A stretch of DNA of 64,000 nucleotides, taken from positions 7,904,001 to 7,968,000 of the forward strand of contig JASGJH010000001.1 in the NCBI GenBank assembly GCA_047601445.1, written 5' to 3'. The notes beneath the pieces are model-generated. The model ran no database searches, was not told where the DNA came from, and saw only the letters and a list, made by a program, of their open reading frames with translations. The DNA comes from Myxococcales bacterium (GTDB lineage Bacteria; Myxococcota_A; Polyangia; Polyangiales; DASUME01). Positions within the stretch are counted from its first letter, which is position 1; each line of letters opens with the position of its first letter. This document shows positions 8,257 through 18,977 of this stretch, one piece after another. The position numbers and the translations under genes are program-made.

Positions 8257-10140
8257 TCAAGGTCCGATGGGTAGGCCGTGCGTGAGGGTCAGCTCTGGCT
8301 CGAGCTCGTGGGCGGAGACCACCGCCAGGTCGAGCGAGCTCTGCTCCACGAGGGTACGCACATGGCGGCGCAGGGCGGACTGGGTGAGCAGTGCGCAAGG
8401 TCGGGGCGCCGCGTGAAAGGCCGAGCGGATGGCCTCTCCAATGTCTCGCGACAAGCCCGCGGGAAGTGCCAACCACTCGCTGCCACCCTCGCGTCGCAGG
8501 GCATCGCTCACGGTCTCCTCGAGCTCGCCCGAGAGCCGCAAGACGTGAAGTTGGCCCCCGGGCGCCAGGTCGCGGGTGATGCGACGGGAAAGAGCACGTC
8601 GGACTTCTTCGATGAGCTGGGTGGTAGGCGGGAGTGCGGAAGTGGCGGTGTGGTTGGCTTGAGCCAGGGCTTCCAGAATCTCGGGCAGCCAGCGCACGCT
8701 GACGCCTTCGCGCGCCAGGCCACGCAGGATCTGAGCGAGCAAGCCAGGGGAGATGGGCTTCGGGACCGTGTGTCGGACCAGGGCGGGTTGCTCGCGTTCG
8801 AGTCGATCGAGCAGGTTCTGGACGGCCTCCAAACCCAGGCAGTCGGCGGCATGGCGTCGCACGACGGGCACCAGCGTGGACGCCAGCTCGGCCGGACTGG
8901 CGGGCAAGGCGAGCGCGGGCTCCGGCAGCTCGCGCCAGACCCAGCGGAAGGTGTTTGCGGGGAGCTCGGGCTGCACGCGCACGAGCGCGCTGGGGATGGG
9001 AAAGCCGAGGCTGCGGGCAAGTTCGTTCTGCACACCGAGCAGGGCTGCGCCGAGCTCCGGCGTGGGCTGTGCGCGTGGGAGCAAGAAGGGGTTACCCGCG
9101 CTCGCGGGCAGCTCCAGGGTAAGCGGGTCGCGCTCGGCCAGGTCATGGGGAGGGACGCGCACCTGCGGGGCTGGCGCGGCGGCGTCGCGCACGAGCGGCA
9201 GCACCAAAACCGCCGCTGAAAGAGCAAAGGGCCAAGCGGGCAGGCCCGGGACGAGCGCGAGCAGACACAGCACGCTAGCCGCCACGCCCAGCACACGTTT
9301 GTCCGCGAAGAGCTGGCCGACGATGTCGCTGGCCAAAGATTGCTCGTGGGCCTCCGAAGAGACTCGCGTCACCACCAGGCCGGCAGCCGTGGCGCCGAGC
9401 AGGGCGGGGATCTGGGTCACGAGCCCATCGCCGATGGTCAACAGGCCATAGGTGGACAAGCTGGCCTTGAGGTCGAGGCCGCGCTGGGTGGCACCGATGG
9501 CGACGCCGCCCACGAAGTTCACGAGCGCGATCACGATGCCCGCGATGGCGTCGCCTTTCACGAACTTCATGGCTCCGTCGAGCGCGCCGTAGAGCTGGCT
9601 CTCGCGCTCGAGACGCTTGCGCAGCGCGCGGGCGGTCTCCTGGCTGAGGTTCCCGGCGCGTTGCTCGGCGTCGATGGCGAGCTGCTTGCCTGGCATGGCG
9701 TCGAGGCTGAAGCGCGCTCCGACCTCGGCTACGCGCTCGGCACCGCGCGCGATCACGATGAACTGGATCAGCGTGAGGATCACGAACACCAGGGCACCGA
9801 CGAGGTAGTCGCCGCGCACCACGAACTTGCCGAAGGCTTCGATCACGCGCCCGGCGTCGGCCTGCAGCAAGATCAGCCGCGTGGAGGACACGTTGAGCGC
9901 CAGGCGATACAGCGTGCTCAGCAGCAGGATCGTGGGAAAGGCAGAGAGGTTTAGCGGTTCGCGCACGTACAGCGCGGCGCTCAAGAGCAACACGCCGAGC
10001 GTCAGGTTCAGCGCGATCAGCAGATCGAGCAGCGGCGTGGGGAGCGGCACGACCATCATCCCGATGACCGCCACCACGAGTGCGGAGAGAACGATGTCCG
10101 CTTTGCGCCAACCGCCGGGAGCCGAGCGGAGGCCGCTCAT
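8257..10140 (-). CDS. sctV: FlhA/SctV (FHIPEP family) type III export gate protein, 627 aa, shortened cytoplasmic domain
   Basis: VPLPTPLLD, FPTILL, RLALNVSSTRLIL, GAERVAEVGARFSLDAMPGKQLAIDA, LYGALDGAMKFVKGDAIAG, LTIGDGLVTQIPAL. Confidence 0.9.
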   Translation of the reverse strand: MSGLRSAPGGWRKADIVLSALVVAVIGMMVVPLPTPLLDLLIALNLTLGVLLLSAALYVREPLNLSAFPTILLLSTLYRLALNVSSTRLILLQADAGRVIEAFGKFVVRGDYLVGALVFVILTLIQFIVIARGAERVAEVGARFSLDAMPGKQLAIDAEQRAGNLSQETARALRKRLERESQLYGALDGAMKFVKGDAIAGIVIALVNFVGGVAIGATQRGLDLKASLSTYGLLTIGDGLVTQIPALLGATAAGLVVTRVSSEAHEQSLASDIVGQLFADKRVLGVAASVLCLLALVPGLPAWPFALSAAVLVLPLVRDAAAPAPQVRVPPHDLAERDPLTLELPASAGNPFLLPRAQPTPELGAALLGVQNELARSLGFPIPSALVRVQPELPANTFRWVWRELPEPALALPASPAELASTLVPVVRRHAADCLGLEAVQNLLDRLEREQPALVRHTVPKPISPGLLAQILRGLAREGVSVRWLPEILEALAQANHTATSALPPTTQLIEEVRRALSRRITRDLAPGGQLHVLRLSGELEETVSDALRREGGSEWLALPAGLSRDIGEAIRSAFHAAPRPCALLTQSALRRHVRTLVEQSSLDLAVVSAHELEPELTLTHGLPIGP

Positions 10141-10731
10141 AGCTCGCGACGTTCCGTCGAACGCGCGGCCTAGCGTGATCTGATCGGTGAACTCGAGATC
10201 GCCACCGTGAGGCACGCCGCTGGCGATGCGGGTGAGGTGCACACCGGTGGGCTTGAGCGCCTGGGCCAGGTACATAGAGGTCGCTTCGCCGTCCACGCTG
10301 AGCGGGGTGGCCACGATAATCTCCTCGACGCCTTCGCTGCCGATGCGGGCGATCAGGTCGTTGACCTTGAGCTGCTCTGGGCCGACGCCCTCCAGCGGGG
10401 CGAGCAGTCCGTGGAGCACATGGTAGCGACCCCGAAAGCTGGCCGTGCGCTCGATGGCCATCAGGTCCTGCACGCGCGCTACCACGCACAACACGCGGCT
10501 CTCACGGCGCGGGTCGAGGCACACGTCGCAGCGCGCCCGGGAGCCGTAGTTGCCGCAGATCTCACAGCGTCGGACCCGCTCGTGGAGGTGGTCCAGCGCT
10601 TTCGCGAGGCTCTTGGCGTACTGCGGCTCGTTACCCAACACGAAGTAGGTCAGGCGCGCCGCGGTGCGCTCGCCGATCCCAGGGAGCCGCGCGAACAGCT
10701 GCACCAGCTCTGCGATCGGGTCGCTCGCCAT
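10137..10731 (-). CDS. recR: Recombination protein RecR; fused in frame to sctV as sequenced because of one extra base at ~10152
   Basis: LPGIGERTAARL, C4 zinc finger, YHVLHGLLAPLEGVGP, GEAT, TRIASGVPHGGDLEF. Removing one base gives the canonical end GRAFDGRREL* with an ATGA overlap. Confidence 0.93.
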
Positions 10732-10738
10732 GTTTCCC

Positions 10739-11059
10739 TCAGAGGACGCCGGGCATCTTGATGCCCTTGGTCACCTTCTCGAGCTCCGCGTCCACCATCT
10801 CTTGCGCCTTCTTGAGGGCAGCGTTGGCGCCGGCGACCACGAGATCCTGGGCCATCTCCAGGCTCTCCGCCTTCAATAGTTCGGGACTGATCGTGACGCT
10901 GACGATCTCCATGCCGCCGTTGGCCACCACCTTGACCTGGTCGTTGCCGACCGAAGCCTCCACGGTCTCGGCCTTGAGCTCCGTTTTGCGCTGCTCGATC
11001 TTGCGCTGCATGCGGCTCGCCTGCCGCATCAGCTCGCTCATCCCGCCACGAAATTGCAT
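10739..11059 (-). CDS. ybaB: YbaB/EbfC nucleoid-associated protein
   Basis: MSELMRQASRMQ..VEASVG..VKVVANG..DLVVAGAN; conserved dnaX-ybaB-recR order. Confidence 0.92.
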   Translation of the reverse strand: MQFRGGMSELMRQASRMQRKIEQRKTELKAETVEASVGNDQVKVVANGGMEIVSVTISPELLKAESLEMAQDLVVAGANAALKKAQEMVDAELEKVTKGIKMPGVL

Positions 11060-11066
11060 GGCGTGG

Positions 11067-11095
11067 CTTCTACCGCTCGGGCTCGGCTTTTTCAA
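11067..11095 (-). promoter_or_regulatory. Putative sigma70 promoter for ybaB-recR-sctV (near-leaderless)
   Basis: TTGAAA-17 nt-TAGAAG, ending 7 nt before the ybaB ATG. Confidence 0.5.
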
Positions 11096-11276
11096 GGCTC
11101 TGGACCCCGGAGCGAGCGCGGGACTGGAGGTGGCGCGGCGAAGCGTGCAGAACCAGGGCGGATCCGCTTCGGGCACCCCGGGTGAGCACGCCACACACAG
11201 GGACGTCGGCAGGGTCGTCTTGCGCATGGGCGCGGTCGGCGGCAGTCGGAGCCCCGCCCGGGGCTGTCTAGCGCGA

Positions 11277-13187
11277 TCAGTCGATGCTGATTTCCTGCTT
11301 TTGCGCGAGCTCCGGAAACACCTTGAGCGCTTCGAGCACGCGCGGATGATTGAGCGCCTTCTTCTTGATGGCTTCCTTGCGCTCGTCCACTTGTGCCGCT
11401 TCTTGCTGGGCCAGGGTCGTGCCCGAGACCTCGAGCGCCAGCTTGATCTCGATCTCCGGCTGCGCCTTCAACACCGCGCGCGCGGCGCGCCGAAGGGCAT
11501 CGGAGCCATCCGGGGTCTGGGCCTGGCGGCCGAAGAACGAGCCCTCGGGGAACACCACGCAGACGCGCTTCTCGTTGAGTGCGCTGGGCACCCCATGCTC
11601 GTACATGGCGGCCCAACGGGGCTCCTGCTCGCGCAGATACTGGATGACCGCGGTCCAGGCGCGCTTGTCGACACCGGACGCGTGATCCTGGGCAGGTCGG
11701 GGCACCGCGACCAGGGCCGGCGTCGGCGCCGGTGGGGCGGCTGGGCGGGCCACCGCGAGTGCTGGAGCGGCCGTCGTCGCAGGGTGGGTGGCCGTGGGAT
11801 GCATGGGAACCACGGGCGCGGGATTCATGGCGCGCGGCGCGGGTGCGCCGGCCTCGCTCGTGGGGATGAAGCGCTGAAAGGGGTTGGCCTTGTCACCGCC
11901 AGGAGGGGTCGCCTGGGGAGCGCCCTGTGCGTTCGGTCCGCGTGGATTTTCGGAGATCGCGGGCGCGGGGGCGCTGCGCTGCACGTTTCCAGGCATATCC
12001 GCCGGTCGACCGGGGCCGCGTGGTGCGCCAGTGCCCGGCCCGGGACCGCCCTTTTCGAGCTCCTCGAGCCGTGCGATGAGCTGGCCCAGGTCGCGCAGCG
12101 GGGGCCGCGTCGCGAGCCGCACCGCGCCCATCTCGAGCGCGGTCTTCGGCGCCGACGAGCGTCCCACTTCTTCGACCAGCTCGGCCAATGCGGCGAACGC
12201 GCGCTCCAGCTCGAGGACCTCGCTGCGTGCACCGCTCTCGAGGGCGCGCGTGCGCTCGTCGGGCGGCAGATCCACCAGCTTCGGGTGGTCACCGGCCACC
12301 CGCAGCACGACCATGTCGCGCGCGAGGTCGAGCCACTGCTTGGCGAAATGCAGGAGATCGAGGCCCTGTCGCGCGAGGCCATCGATGATCTCGAGCGCTG
12401 CTTTGCCGTCGCCGCGCAGCACCGCCTCGTTGAGGGCGTGCACCTGCTCGCGATCCGCGATGCCGAGCTCCTCGGCGACCTGACTGCCCAACAGCTTGTC
12501 GCTGGAGAATGCCAGCACCTGGTCGAGCAAGGTGAGCGCGTCGCGCATGCTGCCAGCGGCCTCACGCGCCACCAGCGTGATGGCTGGCTGATCGGCTTCG
12601 ATCTGCTCTTTGGCCAGGATCTCACTCACGCGCGCGGCGATCACCGACTGCGGAATCAGGCGAAAGTCGTAGCGTTGGCAGCGCGAGCGAATGGTGACGG
12701 GGACCTTGTGGGCCTCGGTGGTGGCGAAGATGAACTTGACGTGGGCCGGGGGTTCCTCGAGCGTCTTCAAGAACGCGTTGAAGGCGCCCGTGGAGAGCAT
12801 GTGCACTTCGTCGACGATCACCACCTTGAAGCGGTCGCGCGCCGGACGAAACGGGATCGATTCTTGAAGCCGACGCACGTCTTCGACGCTGTTGTTCGAC
12901 GCGCCGTCCATCTCGATGACATCGAGGTCCACGCCGGCGGTGATCTGCACGCAAGCGTCGCACACATTGCAGGGGTCCGCGGTGGGACCACGCTCGCAGT
13001 TCAGCGCCTTGGCCAGGATGCGGGCGCTCGTGGTCTTGCCCACACCTCGCACGCCGGTGAACAGGAAGGCGTGGGCCACACGACCGCTCGCGATGGCGTT
13101 GCTCAGCGTCCGCGTGACGTGTTCCTGTCCCACCAGGTCCGCGAAGGTCTGGGGGCGATACTTTCGCGCGAGGACCGTGTAGCTCAT
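11277..13187 (-). CDS. dnaX: DNA polymerase III subunit gamma/tau
   Basis: MSYTVLARKYRPQTF, GVRGVGKTTSAR, IVDEVHMLS, KTLEEPP, SRCQ. Confidence 0.97.
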   Translation of the reverse strand: MSYTVLARKYRPQTFADLVGQEHVTRTLSNAIASGRVAHAFLFTGVRGVGKTTSARILAKALNCERGPTADPCNVCDACVQITAGVDLDVIEMDGASNNSVEDVRRLQESIPFRPARDRFKVVIVDEVHMLSTGAFNAFLKTLEEPPAHVKFIFATTEAHKVPVTIRSRCQRYDFRLIPQSVIAARVSEILAKEQIEADQPAITLVAREAAGSMRDALTLLDQVLAFSSDKLLGSQVAEELGIADREQVHALNEAVLRGDGKAALEIIDGLARQGLDLLHFAKQWLDLARDMVVLRVAGDHPKLVDLPPDERTRALESGARSEVLELERAFAALAELVEEVGRSSAPKTALEMGAVRLATRPPLRDLGQLIARLEELEKGGPGPGTGAPRGPGRPADMPGNVQRSAPAPAISENPRGPNAQGAPQATPPGGDKANPFQRFIPTSEAGAPAPRAMNPAPVVPMHPTATHPATTAAPALAVARPAAPPAPTPALVAVPRPAQDHASGVDKRAWTAVIQYLREQEPRWAAMYEHGVPSALNEKRVCVVFPEGSFFGRQAQTPDGSDALRRAARAVLKAQPEIEIKLALEVSGTTLAQQEAAQVDERKEAIKKKALNHPRVLEALKVFPELAQKQEISID

Positions 13188-13251
13188 GGCCGGCGGCGAC
13201 TGTAGCACCGTGGCCGGCCGGTTGCGCCTGGCATCTGTCCCGGCTCGTGGG

Positions 13252-14271
13252 CTACTCGCAGTGGCCCGGGCGATCGGCGCTGAAACAGCTGGCGTTACAA
13301 GGACAAAGGCTGGCGTCCCGGCACTGTAGGCCCGGATCGCAGTCGTCGTTGCTCCAGCAGGCGCCAGGCTCGAGGGCCAACTGCGTGTTGGCCCCGCACG
13401 TGCTCGGGCTCGGGCACTGGAGCCACTGGTAGGCGCAGCCGCCCTTGGGCTTCTTCACGCAGGTTGGCCCGCTCACGTGTTGGCCGTCGTCGCACGTGGA
13501 GGTGTCCCCGAGCAGCGTCTTCGCCGTCGTCGCAGCCGCCGCGTCGCAGCTGTCGCAGAGCTCCGGATCTTCACTGCAAGCGCCGTAGAACGCGATGCTG
13601 ACCCCGGCCCGGAAGGCCTCGCAGGTGTTGGGATAGGTGATTCCGTCGCAACCGCAGACCGGAAAGTACAGCGACGGGCAGAGCTGACTCTTGGGCTGAC
13701 ACAGCGCGGTGTCGTCGTTGTGACCGCAGGTGCCCAGGCGGAACACACAGAACATGCCCTCGCCGCAGTCCGAATTGGCGAGGCTGCAGCTGCCTTCGGG
13801 GTTGCACTGGTAGCTGCAGAATCCGTGTTGGTCCCGCTTGCACTCGGGCGGCTTACCGTCGGCGCAGTTGAACTCGTCGACCACGCCCGTGCTGTCGAAC
13901 GTAATCACGAACTCGCAGTCGTCGGCACCGCAGGCTGGCGGAGCGCCGCCGTCGGAGGGGGCGGGACACTCCGTGAACAGCCACTCGCAGTGGTCCTCGA
14001 CCCGCGTGCAGATCGGCGTGTGCACTTCGCCGTTTTCACAGGTGGCGGGCTGCGGGGTCGGTTCAGGACAGGTGTTGGCATTGCAGAACGGAAGCGTGCC
14101 CGCGTCCTCGTCGATCACGGCGCCGTCTTGCGGGTCCTGTCCCGCATCGGCCGCACCGCGAGAGCGTTCGACGCCCACCGAGAGGTCCTCGACGCAGCCG
14201 ATGGCGCCGAGCAGCGCGAGCCAGGCTCCGACATACGCGAGGCCCTGACGGCCGGAGCGCTTCGGGATCAT
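13252..14271 (-). CDS. Cys-rich lipoprotein with Kazal-like domain
   Basis: Lipobox AIGC; CPSLYFPVCGCDGITYPNTCEA..YGAC Kazal signature; ATGA-coupled to the upstream gene. Confidence 0.8.
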   Translation of the reverse strand: MIPKRSGRQGLAYVGAWLALLGAIGCVEDLSVGVERSRGAADAGQDPQDGAVIDEDAGTLPFCNANTCPEPTPQPATCENGEVHTPICTRVEDHCEWLFTECPAPSDGGAPPACGADDCEFVITFDSTGVVDEFNCADGKPPECKRDQHGFCSYQCNPEGSCSLANSDCGEGMFCVFRLGTCGHNDDTALCQPKSQLCPSLYFPVCGCDGITYPNTCEAFRAGVSIAFYGACSEDPELCDSCDAAAATTAKTLLGDTSTCDDGQHVSGPTCVKKPKGGCAYQWLQCPSPSTCGANTQLALEPGACWSNDDCDPGLQCRDASLCPCNASCFSADRPGHCE

Positions 14272-15089
14272 CGCGTGAGTCCGCAGGCCTGGCGCACACG
14301 CGCAAGCAGGGGCGACTGTGGCGAGAGCTTGTCCAGTGTGGCTACTACCTCGGCGCCGTCGTGACCCAGCGCACAGCGCGCCAGGGCGTCGATGCCGATC
14401 CGCTCTTCTCGCAGGCTGCCTCTCGGGAAGCGCTGGCGATGTTCCTCCGCCTTGGCGAGCGCGCGCTTCGCGTCCCCGTCACGCAGGGCTTGCTGGGCGG
14501 TGGCTAGCAGTGCGAGCTCGTCTTTCAGGGTGCTGCTCTCGACCTTGTTCCCGACCTCGACCTGTCGCCTCGAAACTTCGCGGCTGGGCTCGCGTGGTTG
14601 CGAGACGCTCACGGGCGCCGGCTCCAGCGCCTCCACGCGGGGCGTGCTGGCACCCACCACGTCGCGGGGCCTGGTGGCACCCACCACGTCGGGTGCGGCT
14701 GCAGAGGCCGTATGCGGCTGACTGTCCACGGTCCGCGCAGGCTGCGCCGCCGAAAGCTCCCCATCGCGAGAGAACCATGCGACCGAACCGCCGATCACGC
14801 TCGCGAGCCCGGTGGCCACCACGAGCTTGAACAACCCACCCTGCAACAGCCCACCGGCTGGAGCCGCCAGCGAACTCGCGCTCGTGCCCGCGCTGCCAGC
14901 GCTCGCCGAGACCACGTCGACGCCGCTGGCGGTGCCCAGGGTGGAGGCGCTTACAGTGGAAGCCAGCGCCGCTGCGCCCAGCTGGGCTGCCAGGCGAGAG
15001 CGCATTCGGACCCGATCGGCCGCGCTCGGATCGTCTGCATGCAGCGTGCTGTCGATCAGGTCGCGGGCTTCTTGACTGAGGTCGCTCAT
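14268..15089 (-). CDS. Putative membrane anti-sigma factor with C-terminal TPR-like domain
   Basis: ATGA overlap with the ECF sigma stop; one TM segment; C-terminal ELALLATAQQAL..ALAKAEEHRQRFPRGSLREER. Confidence 0.7.
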   Translation of the reverse strand: MSDLSQEARDLIDSTLHADDPSAADRVRMRSRLAAQLGAAALASTVSASTLGTASGVDVVSASAGSAGTSASSLAAPAGGLLQGGLFKLVVATGLASVIGGSVAWFSRDGELSAAQPARTVDSQPHTASAAAPDVVGATRPRDVVGASTPRVEALEPAPVSVSQPREPSREVSRRQVEVGNKVESSTLKDELALLATAQQALRDGDAKRALAKAEEHRQRFPRGSLREERIGIDALARCALGHDGAEVVATLDKLSPQSPLLARVRQACGLTR

Positions 15090-15664
15090 CGCATCCTCCA
15101 CTCGTCTCGTGTGCGCAGGCGCTTCAGCGCCGCGTCGAAATCCTGGCGCGCCGCGCGCAGCCGTGAGTAGACCGTGTTCACGTTGATCTCGAGCGCGCTC
15201 GCGATCTCCGGGGCGCTCAACTGCTCGAGCTCACAGAGCACGAACACCTCGCGCTGATCCTCGTCGAGGGAGTTCAACACCGCGTGCAGCAGGCGCTGGC
15301 CTTCTCCGCGCAACGCGGCGTCGTGAGGCGTGGCTCCATGCTGGTCCGACGGATCGTGCTCCAGCGCTTCCACCGGCTTGCGGCGCTGGCCGCGCCGGAA
15401 GTCGCGCACCGTGTGGCGCAGGATACCGAAGATCCAGGTCTTGAGCTGGGAGCGTCCTTCGAAGTCGGATAGCCGACGGTACACGGTGACGAACACGTCC
15501 TGCACCACGTCGTCCAGGCTCGCTTCGGGAACCCCAAGCCTGCGCGCCGAACGCCACACGAAGTCGAAGTGCAGCTCGTACACGCGGGCGAAGGGTGGGA
15601 TCTCCACGGGCGCAGTGAGGACTCCGGTCCTCAGTTCTCCCGCCGCACTAGGCGCCTCTCGCAT
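15086..15664 (-). CDS. ECF RNA polymerase sigma factor
   Basis: Region 2 DDVVQDVFVTV..FEGRSQLKTWIFGI; region 4 EIASALEINVNTVYSRLRAAR. Confidence 0.93.
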   Translation of the reverse strand: MREAPSAAGELRTGVLTAPVEIPPFARVYELHFDFVWRSARRLGVPEASLDDVVQDVFVTVYRRLSDFEGRSQLKTWIFGILRHTVRDFRRGQRRKPVEALEHDPSDQHGATPHDAALRGEGQRLLHAVLNSLDEDQREVFVLCELEQLSAPEIASALEINVNTVYSRLRAARQDFDAALKRLRTRDEWRMR

Positions 15665-15699
15665 GCTCTGTGGGTGGCCGGGCACGTCGCACTCCGTGG

Positions 15700-16860
15700 C
15701 TAAAATCGCCGCTCCAGCCCCAGCGTAAGCCTGGCCGACACCGCGCTGGGAGTATGGAGCTCACTCGCGGGCTCATTTCCAGTGGTTTCACTCACGTAGC
15801 GCGGACGTCCCAGCGGCACGGCCGCCGCCGGTTCCAGCAAGATCCCCCAGCGTTCGGTCAGCCGGGTATGCAAGCGTAGGGAAAGCCACCCAGCGCGATA
15901 CATCCAGGCCGGTTCCTTGCGCTCACTAAGCTCACTGCCGCGGGAGCGAGCCCGCCCAAGCTCGAGTCCCAGACAGGCGTCCACACTGAAAACCCCGCGC
16001 GCAGAGCGCCAGGCGCTCACGCAGCCGAGCGGTCGAAGCGCCCACAGGGTGACCGAAACCCGCCCGGCGGCGCCGGGTTCGCTCGTGCGCCAGGGTAGCC
16101 AGAAACCCGCGAGCTCCACCCGGAAGCGGCCGATTCCGAGCCCCATTCCCGCCTCCGGACCGAAGGCCACGGTCGGCAAGAAGCCGACGTCCATGAGCGC
16201 GCCTGCGCGCAGCACGATCGATGAAGCGGAGCCCGCCATGGGCGCCTGCTTTGGCGATGACGCACGCGGCTCGATGGTGGGAGCAAGGGGAGCCTCGGGC
16301 GCGGGAACGGCGGACTTTTCGCCCGGGATTGCGGCGGGCGGTGGCTCCTGGTTCGGCGCCGACGGCTCCGGTGGTGGGGCCACTGCGCTCGGGCCACCAC
16401 TCGCGTGCTCGTCGTTTTCGTGCAGCGGCGCACGTTGCTGATCCTCGAGCGCCAGCGCCACCATCAAGACTGCGGCTTGGGCCAACTCCTCACAGCTTCG
16501 ATCCGCGAGGGTCCGTACGGAGCGCTCGTCGGGGGCTGCGCCGGGAGCGCTGCGCGTCGTGCCGTGCTCGAGTTTGAAGCCGTTGTGCGAGCGAACCAGG
16601 CGTGTGGATACCAACAGGCTGGTCGCGGCGCGCTCCTCGAGGGGGCGTCCCAGGCGATCGCGTAAGCGAGCCTCGGCCCAAGCGCGATCGGGGCACGCGG
16701 GATCGGCCTGCCACGTCCAAGTGAGCTCGGGCGCTCGCTGCGCGCTTCCACGTGTGGTCCACGGCCAGCTAGAGAGCCAAGCAAGCGCGAATGCACACGC
16801 GAAACTCCTGCTGAAGCCTCTCGGCCCCCTCGTCCGCGCGCGTCCACTCGCCATGCCCAC
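15700..16860 (-). CDS. Hypothetical exported protein, probable outer-membrane beta-barrel C-terminus
   Basis: Signal-like N-terminus, CPD..SCEEL domain, Pro-rich linker, alternating beta-strand pattern ending in F. Start codon uncertain. Confidence 0.6.
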   Translation of the reverse strand: MGMASGRARTRGPRGFSRSFACAFALAWLSSWPWTTRGSAQRAPELTWTWQADPACPDRAWAEARLRDRLGRPLEERAATSLLVSTRLVRSHNGFKLEHGTTRSAPGAAPDERSVRTLADRSCEELAQAAVLMVALALEDQQRAPLHENDEHASGGPSAVAPPPEPSAPNQEPPPAAIPGEKSAVPAPEAPLAPTIEPRASSPKQAPMAGSASSIVLRAGALMDVGFLPTVAFGPEAGMGLGIGRFRVELAGFWLPWRTSEPGAAGRVSVTLWALRPLGCVSAWRSARGVFSVDACLGLELGRARSRGSELSERKEPAWMYRAGWLSLRLHTRLTERWGILLEPAAAVPLGRPRYVSETTGNEPASELHTPSAVSARLTLGLERRF

Positions 16861-16930
16861 GCACGAGCTAGCACGGTACGCGTTCGGGTCACAAACGTTA
16901 CCTGTAGTACGCGAATACGGCGCGCACGCG

Positions 16931-16959
16931 TTGACAGAACTGCGGCGCCTTTCTATGGT
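16931..16959 (+). promoter_or_regulatory. sigma70 promoter upstream of pyrG
   Basis: TTGACA-17 nt-TATGGT. Confidence 0.65.
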
Positions 16960-17239
16960 CAGGGCCCGTGCACACGTTCAAGCACGGGCTCTTCACGACT
17001 CGACACCGCCCGCCCGTCCTGCCTCTTCAATCCCGAAGGCACGACGGGTTTCGGTTTTCTTTGGACTTGCTCTTGCTCGAGCCAGTTCACGCCGTGTCCG
17101 GCGTTCCTGTCAGACGAGATTTCGCCCGCGCTGTTCCGGTCGCCGATGGGGCCCGTCGCCTACGAGCGCCTTCTTGCGCCTCGACCCGACCGGAAATGAA
17201 TCGATTTGTGCCGTCGACATTGCAGAGCGCGATATCTGA

Positions 17240-18928
<1,689 letters not shown>

Positions 18929-18977
18929 GCAGTCGAGTTGCCCGCGCGACGGGCGGGGAGGGCGCGTGCCCTCCCCT

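Noticed and set aside
8257..10731. 824-aa RecR-FlhA fusion accepted as a genuine protein
   Set aside because: Deleting one base restores the canonical RecR C-terminus and an ATGA overlap, and other indel-like lesions occur in the window. Annotated as two genes pending reads.
11060..11276. SRP RNA or other ncRNA near dnaX
   Set aside because: No SRP domain IV motif was recognisable; the region is adequately explained by the ybaB promoter.
11277..13187. Programmed frameshift in dnaX (gamma/tau)
   Set aside because: I saw no A-AAA-AAG heptamer or long homopolymer slippage site.
10758..13205. Long antisense or alternate-frame ORFs (also 17087-19039, 20832-22241, 37620-39731, 41994-43964, 49750-51567)
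   Set aside because: They are shadows of well-supported genes, expected in high-GC DNA, and carry no motifs.
16960..16967. Bacillus-type pyrG reiterative-transcription site (GGGC)
   Set aside because: The GGGC is only 2 nt from the -10 box, too close for a TSS, and no matching attenuator is evident.
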